NCBI RefSeq assembly: GCF_006345805.1
Contig: NC_043006.1
Coordinates: forward strand, 46,562,001-46,626,000
Direction of reading: 5' to 3'
Length of the DNA stretch: 64,000 bases
Source of the DNA: Octopus sinensis
Taxonomy: Eukaryota
In this document: positions 1 to 12,461 of the stretch, piece after piece
Position numbering within the stretch: position 1 is the stretch's first letter
How the letters are laid out: each line of letters begins with the position of its first letter
Notes under the pieces: model-generated
The model's database searches: none
Seen by the model: the letters and a program-made list of their open reading frames with translations, nothing else
Told to the model about the DNA's origin: nothing
Program-made: the position numbers and the translations under genes

Positions 1-316
1 AGAAATCTATGTGGAAACCCGTCCCGTATATATTCATATGTGTTTGTGAATGTATGTATATATTTGTATGTGTGTGTATGAATATCTATTTCTCTATTAA
101 TCCCCCACTGTTTGTAAACGATGTTGGCTTGATTACGTCCCCATGGATTAACAGTTCGACAAAATAAAACCACGACAATACTATAAGCATTAAACTTGAA
201 AATAAATACTCGGATCTATTTTTAAGTCTAAATCCTTCGAGGAAGCACTTTACCGCGGCCCAAATTCAATCACTGAAACAAGTGAAGGCAAAACAATACA
301 TGAATATATGCAAGTC

Positions 317-1087
317 GGCGAGATGGCAGAAACGTTAGCACGCCAGGCGAAATGCTTCGCGGTATTTCGTCTGCGGTTACGTTTTGAGTTCAAATTCCGC
401 CGAGGTCGACTTTGCCTTTCATCCTTTCGAGGTCGATTAAATAAGTACCAGTTACGCACTGGGGTCGATGTAATCGAATTAATCCGTTTGTCTGTCTTTG
501 TTTGTCCCCTCTATGTTTAGCCCCTTGTGGGTAGTAAAGAAATAGGTATTTTGTCTGCCGTTACGTTCAAATTCCGCTGAGGTCGACTTTGCCTTTTATC
601 CTTTCAGAGTCGATAAATTAAGTACCAGTTACGCACTGGGATCGATCTAATAGACTTAATCCGTTTGTCTGTCTTTGTTTGTCCCCTCTATGTTTAGCCC
701 CTTGTGGGTAGTAAAGAAACATGTATTTTGTCTGCCGTTACGTTCAAATTCCACCGAGGTCGACTTTGCCTTTCATCCTTTCAGAGTCGATAAATTAAGT
801 ACCAGTTACGCACTGGGATCGATGTAATAGACTTAATCCGTTTGTCTGTCTTTGTTTGTCCCCTCTATGTTTAGCCCCTTGTGGGTAGTAAAGAAACATG
901 TATTTTGTCTGCCGTTACGTTCACATTCCACCGAGGTCGACTTTGCCTTTCATCCTTTCAGAGTCGATAAATTAAGTACCAGTTACGCACTAGGGTCGAT
1001 GTAATAGACTTAGTCCGTTTGTCTGTCCTTGTTTATCCTCGCTATGTTTAGCCCCTTGTGGGTAATAAAGAAACATGTATTTCGTCT
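317..1087 (+). mobile_element. tRNA-derived SINE family A: one head plus four tandem body units
   Basis: Head GGCGAGATGGCAGAAACGTTAGC and B-box-like GAGTTCAAATTCC. The body (GAGGTCGACTTTGCCTTTCATCC...GTGGGTAGTAAAGAAA) recurs with unit starts at 369, 553, 730, 907 and a final junction at 1084 (177-bp period for units 2-4). Confidence 0.9.
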
Positions 1088-1178
1088 ATACAGTTCTATA
1101 TTTAAGAGCTGAGTAATTATGTACATGATTTAATTTATTTACAATTGACGGATATTTGTCCTCATCTTGTTTGTTGTC

Positions 1179-1224
1179 AATACAACGTTTCGGCTGATAT
1201 ACTCTCCAGGCTTCATCAGGTGTC
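1179..1224 (-). ncRNA. Minimal type-I hammerhead ribozyme motif (slightly decayed)
   Basis: GACAC-CUGAUGA-A-GCCUG(gagaguauau)CAGCC-GAA-ACGU-U-GUAUU. Core intact, palindromic stem III, one mismatch each in stems I and II. Confidence 0.75.
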
Positions 1225-1287
1225 TTGGGGAAATTTCGAACCTGGGTTCTCATTCCTAAGGTATTTTTTTTTTGTTGTTGTTGTTGA

Positions 1288-1404
<117 letters not shown>

Positions 1405-1602
1405 CAGATCACTGCCTACAATTGAACTCGGAATCTGGGGGGTTAGTAGCCCGCGCTCTTAAAAACTACTTCATGTGCCCGTGGGCAATTATGTAGTGAA
1501 TTTTAGGGCTTATAAATCTAGTATTCTCCCATCTTTCCTTAATACCGGTGCCCATATGCTGTTCGACACTTTGCAAATATCCATCAGATCGACATTAAAT
1601 TC

Positions 1603-1990
1603 ATGGTCTGGGAATCAAACACACGATCTCGCAATCGTGAGTGCAACACCTTAAACACTAAGCCATGCACCTTCAGAAATAACTGCCACTCCGTCCCTTA
1701 CGACGACGAGGGTTCCAGCCGATCCCATCAACGGAACAGTTTGCTCTTGAGTTTAACGTGCAAGTGGTTGAGCACTCCACAGACATGTGTACCCCTAACA
1801 TAATTTTCAGGGAGATTCAGCGTAACACAGAATGTGACAAGGCTGGCCCCTTAAAATACAGGTACTACTGATTTTTGCCAGGTGCGTGGACTGGAGCAAC
1901 GTGAAATAAAGTATCTTTTGGCGGAAATCGAACTCAGAACCCTATGATCGGGAGCCGAAAACTCTAACCACTAAACCAAGAGCCTTCGTA
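1603..1990 (-). mobile_element. tRNA-derived SINE family C (body plus two head fragments)
   Basis: Reverse complement matches the family C copy at 62821-63202. Heads at about 1603-1672 and 1920-1990. Confidence 0.8.
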
Positions 1991-2043
1991 CGCACACACA
2001 CACACACATATATATATGCCTTTACATAAATATGTATGTATAT

Positions 2044-2111
<68 letters not shown>

Positions 2112-2357
2112 AATGGATATATACATGACTATGTGGTGTGTGTATGAATGAAAGACAGGTTATTATTTTATTTTAAAAGTCTTAACTCATGAGACTGAAC
2201 TTATTCCTTCATAAATAATCATTAGCTTGAAACTCGAAGTCAATAAGTATAACCAGTGAAGAATTACCCTTTAGAAATATCTATTTCTGAATATCTATAA
2301 AGCGCATTGCTATTATCTCTGCCGCGCCGAAAGATATACATAGGACAAAAAATGTCT

Positions 2358-2418
2358 CTTCTTTTATTCGTTTACTTGTTTCAGTCATTAGACTGCGACC
2401 TTGCTGGGGCACCGCCTT
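2358..2418 (-). mobile_element. 3' tail of the SINE family B type
   Basis: AAGGCGGTGCCCCAGCAAGGTCGCAGTCTAATGACTGAAACAAGTAAA matches the tails of the family B copies in the window. Confidence 0.85.
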
Positions 2419-2430
2419 GACAAACTGAGA

Positions 2431-2521
2431 TGTTTATAGCACCTAGGTTTCGCAAACGGTCACCCATCTAAGTATTAATTAGGCTCATTGTTGCTAAACT
2501 CTGCTGATCGGACGAGAACTG
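2431..2521 (-). pseudogene. 5S rRNA-derived fragment, 5'-truncated and diverged
   Basis: The minus strand has the blocks GTTCTCGTCCGATCA, AGTTTAGCAAC, TACTTAGATGGGTGACCG and GGTGCT in the order and spacing of the 3' three-quarters of invertebrate 5S rRNA (boxes A and C included). Compared from memory. Confidence 0.85.
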
Positions 2522-4314
2522 ATAGAAGTAAGCAATAAATACCGTTGCATTGGCCGTACACTTTTAGTAACTGTACACTTTGTAATTCTGTGTATTTGCA
2601 TGTGGTATGTCTTGGTTCTGTCTATGTCGGTTGTGAGCGGGGAAATATATACTGGAGTCTTTATACCAAGCTGCAAGCTTCGGTTAGGATTACACAATAT
2701 AACATCGTCTGGCACTCTCACCTGTCCAGTGAAATTGATGATTTCCTTGGAAAAGGCAAGGCACGATAAACTATGGCACGAGTGCCATAACAGTGGTCGC
2801 CCAAACTAAGTTGAAGAGAACGTCAGATAAATTTATAGAATCCACCTTTCGATGTATAGTCGATTAAATCGACCTTAAATATCACTGAGTCTGGTTCTTT
2901 GTCGTATCGATCTCAAAAAGATGAAACGCAAAATTGGAATACCAATTTCAAAGGTGGATTTGATTGCTGAAAGTAAAATGCAGGAATTCTTCCCGGTGCT
3001 CTGACAATTCTACTATTGACATTTCTATCACCAATTCCTTTAATGTATGAATTATTCCAGCACAGTAAATAGTAAATGCCTCTTCGCCAACGAAAACCAC
3101 CCCTAAAATACGATCTATAAAAGTTAGGTTGTTCCATAGCAATATAAATACTGTATGGCATATCTGTTGGACACGGAAAAGATATTGTCAAGTGCATGCG
3201 ATTGAAGGTTTTCTTTATCATGAATCAGAACTCAACAGCTTAAATTTCTATCGCTTAAACATTAAAGCAGAAAACAACTCGTCAAAACATTAAGGTATTG
3301 GAAACATTAGTTTCGAAATTTTCCATCTGATATTCGAACATCATATTCCGTAATTGCACTAGCACATTCAAAAGCAATCTTTACTATGACATTACGAATA
3401 TTATGAACATAAAATATATACATTTGTTTTCTCCCATAAAACAAAACAAAAATATTTATATTGTAGAAAGTGACACAAATAACCAAGTAATAAAAAGTCC
3501 ATCGACCTAAACCATAAAAATGATTAACTCGCACATTCAACAATACATAAATAATGAAACAGGATAATATCGTTCTGAAACTTTTAGCAAAACATGAAAT
3601 GAATATCAGAATTAAGTACCATTAGGAGACTTTCACCAGCAGTTCTAAACGCAGATTACTCGACCTGCAAAAACCAAGCTGCGGTTATATTAACCAGAAA
3701 AAAAGCACCAAAAGAGAAAGAGTTCAAAAAAGCGAATTAAGCAATATAAATGATTATATTATGGAAGCATTAATTTTTAGCAAAGGAAGAATATTACTCA
3801 GTGATGAGCTGGTACAAAAATATTCACCATGGAAGTGACCATGAATTTAGCCAATTCGATATTTCGAAATTTATACTAGAAATCATAACCTGCTATCTCT
3901 ATGGAATGTGCTAAAAATGGAAAATTCAACAGAGGAAAGTGATGTAGATGTTATATATGCTACGAAGACCAAACTAGCTTTAAGAATACCAGATCATACT
4001 CTGTTCATTCAGCTTCATTGTGGACCGTTCTAAAGCGCATAATTATTCGTTCTTCTTGACTTGTTTGACCGAGAGGCTCTTAAAAATAATTTGCACAGAG
4101 GTAGACTTGTATAGATACGCCGGATACACCGGATTGGTCTTATCAGAATAGGCCAATGGAGATAAGGGAGATAAAATTTGAACTTTATCATTATTACCTT
4201 TAATAATTTTTGCCTGTTACGTATAAAGCAAATTGTAAACATTCGGAAATCATTATAAGTTTCTGTTATCCTCCCATAATTTTCCATTAACTAAACAATA
4301 AGCTTTTCTACAAT

Positions 4315-4581
4315 TCTCTTTTACTCTTTTAACTGGTACTATTATTTGAATATGGACATGATGGAGCACCGCCTTTAGTCGAGCAAATCGACCCCAGGAC
4401 TTATTATTTGTAAGCCTAGTACATATTCTATCGGTCCTTTTTGCTGAACCGCTAAGTTACGGGGACACGCCAGCATCGGTTGTCTAGCCATGTTGGGGGC
4501 GGGACAAACACAGACACACAAACATACACACATACACACATACATACATACATGCATACATACATACATATATACATATAT

Positions 4582-4628
<47 letters not shown>

Positions 4629-4750
4629 CATATATACGACGGGCTTCTTTCAGTTTCCGTCTACGAAATCCACTCACAAGGCTTTGGTTGTCCCTAGGCT
4701 ATAGTAGAAGACATTTGCTCAAGGTACTACTTACTGCACAGCCACTCCCA
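4315..4750 (-). mobile_element. tRNA-derived SINE family B with internal (TA)/(CA) microsatellite
   Basis: Same head, body and tail order as the copy at 57168-57612. Confidence 0.9.
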
Positions 4751-4756
4751 CGCCTA

Positions 4757-4936
4757 TGTTCTGCAAATTTAGGGGAAGCACTTGGACAATTACATCGATT
4801 CATGTGCTTATCTGGTACTTAGTCGAGCCCGAAACATGAAAGGCAAAGTTCACTCAAGCGGAATTTGATCCGAGGACTAAAAAATACTGCTAAGTATTTT
4901 GTCCGGCGTGTTAATGATTGCGCTAGCTTACTGCCT
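4757..4936 (-). mobile_element. SINE family A, diverged
   Basis: GAAAGGCAAAGTT...GCGGAATTTGA...CCGGCGTG blocks on the + strand. Confidence 0.75.
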
Positions 4937-5814
4937 TAAATAAACTAAATTATATCAGGAGATTCGGTAATCTGCTGTTCAATAAAGAACTCATTGATGT
5001 AGTTACTCACTACTGCAACAAAATGTAAGGTAGCTTATATAACGACACGATTACATACCAGAATTTTCCCATCACTGCACTGGCAACGACAAAACGCTGT
5101 AACATTATTTATCCCAGCAGATAAATACAGATTATGGCCAATAACTGAGCAAGGCCTCATTATCAAACGTTATGTTACATTATTAATAGGAAACTACACT
5201 GTATATGAAATATTTGAGGATCATAGCAGAAATATGTGAAATATTAGGCTGTTTATCGCTAACAGCATGAAAAGCCTGAGAATATTTTGTTGTAAAAATT
5301 AGCAATAATATAAAGATGATCGAATAGAAAGGACTTGGTTTGAATACGAACAAGCTGAACATCGACTTGACTGATGAATTTTAAAAAGCAGTATCGTTAC
5401 TGCGGTTAAGCAGTTAAAAGTAATAAGAAATGTAATCCATTCGTAGAAAATATAAGAACACGATGTGAAGTTCTTTATGCAGGACTTACAAGTCGCAACA
5501 CCTAGAAGTCAGTCACTATTAGTACCTATGCAAATACACTATGATTTATATACGTGTATTCCACAAATGATAAGACTAAGATTCGTTAAGTTTGAAGATT
5601 ATTTTAACTTAGTTTATGCACGTTTGCTAAACGTATCAAATTTTCGTTCCCAGATCAGAATGTTCGATGCATTTCCCAAATTATAAATAATAATAATAAC
5701 GATCACAACAATAACACGGATACTCAAAATGATGAAAAATAATAGTGGTGGTAGTAGGTGAAGAAACTACTACTGCTACCACTACTACAATGATAACGTT
5801 AAAATAATAATAAT

Positions 5815-6016
5815 CTTTTCTACTCTATAGACAAAGTCCGAAATTTTTGGAGAAGGGCCAGTCGATTAGAACGAACCCAAACGCAACTGGTATCTTAATT
5901 TATCGACCCCGAATAGCAAAGTCAAACTCGGCGGAATATAGAACTCAGAACGTAAAGACACGAAATACTGCTAAGCATTTTGCCCGGCGTGCTAACATTT
6001 CTGCCAGCACTCCGCC
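5815..6016 (-). mobile_element. SINE family A
   Basis: ATCGACCCCG...GGCGGAATATAGAACTCAGAACG...CCCGGCGTGCTAACATTTCTGCCAGC. Confidence 0.85.
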
Positions 6017-6204
6017 TTTAATATACTAGTAATAATAAATATATAATATAAATATATATGTATAGTTATATACATGCATACATACATACATATATATACA
6101 ATTATATATATATATGCATATATATACATGTATATGGTTGTATGTATGTATATATATATATACGTATATATATGTATATATGTATATATTATAAATCAAC
6201 AAGC

Positions 6205-6290
6205 GAAGCGAGTTTAATTTCGTACGGTGCCGAGGCTTGGGAGTTGCGGCAGCAAATTCCAAGTGATGAGTCACACGTTCACATGTGAAG
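6205..6290 (+). mobile_element. Possible RTE-type LINE RT C-terminal fragment
   Basis: Translation [12 protein letters not shown] resembles the LLYGxExW motif. Very short match only. Confidence 0.3.
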
Positions 6291-6936
6291 TCAGCGAATA
6301 ATAAAGTGACATTCCTAAGGAAAAAAGAATTACACAGGGAAACGCAATTCATGATAGGGTGTACCACTGAGGCCATCAGCGGCCATTATTCGCCCCATTA
6401 GGCTGCGAACGGCGAGTAAATAGTCTAGAGGACGAAATATTAAGAGACGTGCGAGTGGGTTCCTCACTTCTGCAGTCTTTACATGTAATCTCCTCGTCAT
6501 TTACCTATACAAGATCCTGTAACATTTTTGTTATTGCTATTTATATTTATTTATAACATTGTTCTATCAGTTTCGTTCCTATTGTTGCTGCTGTTATTAT
6601 ATTTGATATACATTTTTGTATGGGTGGGAGTGCGCTATTATTCCTGTTCTTCAGGAACCTAGGAATGTACTATATATTCTTACAAGTATTGTGAAAAAGC
6701 ATTGATGGATGATGTTTTATATTTTATTCACCTTATTAATCTACGAATCTCCAAACATCCATTAATCATTTGTTCTTTATTCCTTGTCAATTGTGTGTGT
6801 GTGTATATATATATACACATACATACACATATATATATATTTATACATACACGCACACACACACACACATATATATACATATATTTACACAATTATGTGT
6901 ATGTGTGTGTGCGTGTGCGTATATATATTTATGTAC

Positions 6937-6990
<54 letters not shown>

Positions 6991-7089
6991 ACACACACAT
7001 ACGCACCCACACGCACAGGTATGTATATGATCTTTTATGTGAGAATACATAGGTGGATATATTCTTTTCTACTCTAAGAACACATTTAT

Positions 7090-8046
7090 GGAGAGGGTGC
7101 TAGTCGATTAAATCAACCACAATACTCAGCTGATACTTAATTTATCGACCCAGAATGGATGAAAGGCAAAGTTGACCTCAGCGGAGATTGAACTAAGAAC
7201 GTAAAGACATACAAAATACCGCTAAGCATTTTGCCTGGCGTGCTAACGTTTCTTATTTCATTATTGCCCACAGGGGGCTAAACATAGAGGGGAAAAACAA
7301 GAATAGACAAAGGTATTAAGTCGATTACCTCGACCCCAGAGCGCAAGTGGTACGTAATTTATCGACCCCGAAAGGATGAAAGGCAAAGTCGACCTCAGTG
7401 GAATTTGAACTCAGCAGGTAAAGACAGGCGAAATACCTATTTCTTTACTACCCACAAGGGGCTAAACACAGAGAGGACAAACAAAGACAGACGAACGGAT
7501 TAAGGTTATTACATCGACTCCAGTGCGTAACTGGTACTTATTTAATCGACCCTGAAAAGATGAAAGGCAATGTCAACCACGGCGGAATTTGAACTCAAAA
7601 CATAGCAGCAGACGAAATACCCCTAAGTATTTCACCCGGCGTGCTAACATTTCTTATTTGATTATTGCCCACAAGGGGCTAAAGATTGAGGGGACGAACA
7701 AGGACAGACAAAGGGATTAAGTAAATTACATCGACTCCAATGCGTAACTGGTACTTATTTAATCGACTCCGAAATGATGAAAGGCAAAGTCGACCTCACA
7801 GGCAGACGAAATACCCATTTCTTTACTACCCACAAGGGGCTAAACACAGAAGGGACAAACAAGGACAGACAAACGGATTAAGTCGATTACATCGACCCCA
7901 GTGCGTAACTGGTACTTATTTAATCGACCACGAAAGAATGAAAGGCAAAATCGACCTCGGCGGAATTTGAACTCAGAACGTAGCAGTAGACGAAATGCGG
8001 CTAAGCATTTCGCCCGGCGTGCTAACGAGTCTGCCAGCTCCGTGCC
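7090..8046 (-). mobile_element. Array of five head-to-tail SINE family A units
   Basis: The GATGAAAGGCAAAGTCGACCTC body repeats five times. Only the unit ending at 8046 has a complete head. Confidence 0.9.
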
Positions 8047-8157
8047 TTACATTGGTGGATATATTGATGCATTAAAGATGCATGTGCCTATCTAGTACAC
8101 ATTGTCTCTGTCTCTGTCTCTGTCTCTGTCTCTGTCACTCTCTCTCTCTCTCTCTGA

Positions 8158-8214
<57 letters not shown>

Positions 8215-8224
8215 TATATATATA

Positions 8225-8725
8225 TACAAATAAATGAGAGAATGGAGTTGAACGACGATTTAACAAAATTTCTTTATTCTCGACATATGTTTCGAAGGCT
8301 GCATATTCCTAATTTCGAAGGAATAAGGGGTGCATTATGCCGCCTTCTCATCAGGAAAAACAAGGAACTTAATTCAGCATCAAGATGAACAAAAACTCTT
8401 AGATGACTGCCCACACGGAGCCCATAGCGATAATGAGTGTTTCTTTAAAAGATTCCGTTATAAGCAGTGACGTCAAAAATGGTTGAATGTAGAAAATTCT
8501 AGAAAGTTCAAGGGTTCAAACAAGGTTGGAGGGGAGAGATCTAAGAATAGGAAGGTGATAGGGTGCAAATCATATGAATGGTGATGTGTTGTTTGCTTTT
8601 GTGATTGAGTGCCTATGTGTGTGTATATATATAAGAATTAGGAATATGCAGCCTTCGAAACATATGTCGAGAATAAAGGAATTTTGTTAAATCGTCGTTC
8701 AACTCCATTCTTTCATTTATTTGTA
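8225..8725 (-). mobile_element. Penelope-like element 3' end (pLTR) with an inverted partial copy
   Basis: 90-bp inverted repeats at 8225-8314 and 8636-8725, a hammerhead inside, and a (TA)n flank on the left. Confidence 0.8.
8277..8359 (-). ncRNA. Type-I hammerhead ribozyme, canonical core
   Basis: UUUUC-CUGAUGA-GAAGGC...GCCUUC-GAA-ACAUAUGU-C-GAGAA. All conserved core positions are present, with a GUC cleavage triplet and palindromic stem III. Confidence 0.85.
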
Positions 8726-8874
8726 TTAAAAAAACACACAAATTTCCACACGAAAGCATGTGATCTCTGCCCTTGGCATGTAGCTTCAACCGTGTTTTTC
8801 TGACGTGAATTTGCTACCCAGTATCGTTTAACCGAATTATCCATACTAAGATATTTCATTCAACTAATTATATA

Positions 8875-8937
<63 letters not shown>

Positions 8938-9480
8938 TATAATATATTACACAAGAAATTACTTAACATTGATTATAATATACCTATTGTGTCTATATAC
9001 TGTGGCAGTTGTACTTTGTCGTTGGTTTCTGATAATAACTCTGGATCGATGATTTTCTTCAAATAACTGTGTTTGTTTGGTACGCCTTCATACGATTTTG
9101 AATCAATGCTTGTTTCGCAATCAGTTCTAAATGATAGTCATCTCGCATTCCTTTCCTTAATATATTTAATATTGATATTATTACAATAAAATTGCAGAAG
9201 TATATGTCGACATGTTGTTAATATATCGGACCGTAACTCTGGAAATATGCATGCCTTTAGGCGTCTGATGCGATACATGTTAGGTGCAGACACGTGTAGT
9301 TAAAAGAGGATAGAACAAGTAACACATTTGGAAATCTGTAGTGGTGACAACTTGGTCGTCTTAAACAGTTTATGGCTGTACTCCACCAAATATATTTTGT
9401 ATATATGTATGTATATATATATATACATATATATATATGTGTGTGTTTGTGTGTGTGTGTGGTGTGTGTGTGTGTGTGTT

Positions 9481-9522
<42 letters not shown>

Positions 9523-9608
9523 TATAATATATATATGTGTGTGTGTGTGTAAATATTTATATATCTATATATGCATATGCATGTATGTATGGTATGTATC
9601 TATCTACC

Positions 9609-9640
<32 letters not shown>

Positions 9641-9645
<5 letters not shown>

Positions 9646-10296
9646 GAAATTTACACGAAAATATAAGACGGAGAGCCGCGTGTTAGTTTACCGCTCGGGA
9701 AGGTGAGAAAGCCTTTTACGCTTCGTGACTACGCACTTCAACAGAAAGAAATATGAGGAAATAAAAAAGAGAGGGAATAAAAATGGTGACGGGTTATTAA
9801 CCAGAAATCCGGGTCCGTGCGTATGACGTCAGGTCGATGATGGGAAGGATGGCTTCCATTTGCAGATACTGATAGGACACAGAAAGTGTGTCAATAGCCA
9901 GCTGGAGAATATGTTCTCCTGGGCTACAAGCGACAGTAGCATCGACCCTTAGTAGTTACCCACATTCACGTGGCAAATATACTTCACTTTGTCGTGCAGC
10001 TACTGTTTATACGTCGTTCAAGATTTATTATTGATTATATATATAAATGTATAAATATATATATATATAATATATATTATATATATATATATATATAATA
10101 TATATATATATCTATATATAATATATAATATATAAAATATATTAGAAATTTACACGAAAATATAAGACGGAGAGCCGCGTGTTAGTTTAACCGCTCGGGA
10201 AGGTGAGAAAGCCTTTTACGCTTCGTGACTACGCTCTTCAACAGAAAGAAATATGAGGAAATAAAAAAGAGAGGGAATAAAAATGGTGACGGGTTA
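9641..10296 (-). mobile_element. Penelope-like pLTR fragment with direct repeat
   Basis: About 150-bp direct repeat (about 9646-9797 and 10146-10296), both copies next to (TA)n, each with a hammerhead-shaped motif. Confidence 0.7.
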
Positions 10297-10330
10297 TATA
10301 TATATATATACTATGAATATTACATATATA

Positions 10331-10746
10331 TTCCTTTACTTATTTCATTCATTTGACTGCGGCTATGCTGGAGCATCACCTTAAAGAATGTTTGTCGAAG
10401 AAATCAACCGCAGGACCCATTCTTTGTAAGCCTAGTACTTATTCTATAGGACACTTTTGGCAAACCGCAGGGTTACGGGAGGTAAACACTCCAACATCAT
10501 TTGTCAAGTAATGTTGTGGGGGAAACACACACACACACGCACACACGCACACACACGCACACACGCATACCACACACACATATATATATATATATATCTA
10601 CGACGAACCTCTTTGAGTTTCCGTCTACCAAATTCACCCACAAGGATTTGGTTGGCGCGAGGTAGAAGACAATTGCGCAAGGTGTCACGCAGTGGTACTG
10701 AACACGGAACCATTTGGTAGGGAAGCAAACCTCTTACCACATAGCC
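10331..10746 (-). mobile_element. SINE family B
   Basis: Tail, body, microsatellite and head match the other family B copies. Confidence 0.9.
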
Positions 10747-11241
10747 TATCTAAATTCTTTAAGAAGCTATCTAAATTCTCTAAGCTCGGAACACTGAAAG
10801 TATATGTATATTATTCATAAGAAATAAAGAAGAGGGACTGAATAAATCTATTTCTGTGATGACCTCAGGGGAGATAACTTTACGACAAGTATTATTGCTG
10901 CTGCTGCTTAATTGACTGCTGCAGGCACTTCTTTTGAAAACAGTTTTGACCAATACTTAATTTATCATCAGAGACGGCAGCTGAAGTTGTTACCAGGAAT
11001 TCCGCGAATATTAGTGGAAACTACCACGTGCTCTTGCAGGGAAAAAGAATAGTACACTATTCACGTTTATTTTATAAATAATTTTATTAATGATTTTTCT
11101 CTACATATTTCATTTAAGTGCATATTTTTGATAAGGGTTGTAAACAAACAAAATACGTAAAACAAAAACATTTTTTAATGCATTTATATAAAGAAATTTA
11201 AATATACCTAATTTTATAAAAGTAGCATTTTCGTTGATATT

Positions 11242-11354
<113 letters not shown>

Positions 11355-12219
11355 ATATATATATATATATATACATATAGATATATGTTTTCATCCTTTA
11401 ATAGCATTTTTCCAAAGTTAGCGAATATATTCCTCATACGTTAATATATATACAACTATATATATATATATATAATATTAATATACATATATATATCTGT
11501 GTGTGTGTGTGTATACATGTATATATATATGTTTATACGTATATGTATGTACGTATGTATTTATGCATGCATGCATGTGTGTGTGTGCGTCTGTGTTTAT
11601 ATATCTTTACGTGCTTCCATACTATCTGTTTGTGTGTCTTTGATTTAATATTAGAATTTATAATCTACGGATGGCAAATGCGGTGAACTGAAACATCAGT
11701 AATGAATACACTGCTTCCCATTTTTTTCTTGAATAAACACTATGAGGTGATAAGAGAAACAGTTTGGATAAAAGGAAGGCAAAAGATAAAAGAGAGATCT
11801 CAGTCAGTTCAATAATTGATTTCAGAAGATAATTCGTTTAAGGTGATTAAAAGAAAATCTACTAATAAAGGGGAAGAACAAAATCCTTTTATTTCCAGGA
11901 AGAATTTATATTACAATTAAATTACGTAAACATGAAATAATTATGTTATGAATAATAACATTGCTTAATGGAATTATTTCCAGTGCTCTTTCTTTATTAT
12001 CGTACGAGTAAATATTCATATGAGATACATATACATGTATGTATATGTGTTTGTGAGTGTGTGTTTGTTTTTCACTCAATCTCTCTCTCTCTCTCTCTCT
12101 GTATACACACATATACACACACACATACATACACACGCACACATACACACACATATATATATACAGAATGAAAAACAAGCTCATATATATATATATACAT
12201 ATATACAGAATGAAAAAAG

Positions 12220-12298
<79 letters not shown>

Positions 12299-12461
12299 AT
12301 ACACGATGATGCACGTTTATATGCAAATATTGTCAGAAATGATTAATATCTTAATAAAGTTTAATGTCTATTCATTTGTGTGTCTGTGTCTAACTATCTA
12401 TCTTTCTATGTATGTATGTATGTATTAGATATAGATATTATATATATATATATATATATAT

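Noticed and set aside
317-1087. CRISPR-like or regulatory array
   Set aside because: The units are whole SINE bodies without unique spacers, and the sequence is eukaryotic.
2913-4287. Several 60-100 aa minus-strand ORFs and a + strand DVIYATKTKL peptide resembling an APE endonuclease motif
   Set aside because: No coherent domain or splice structure; the similarity is too short to support a call.
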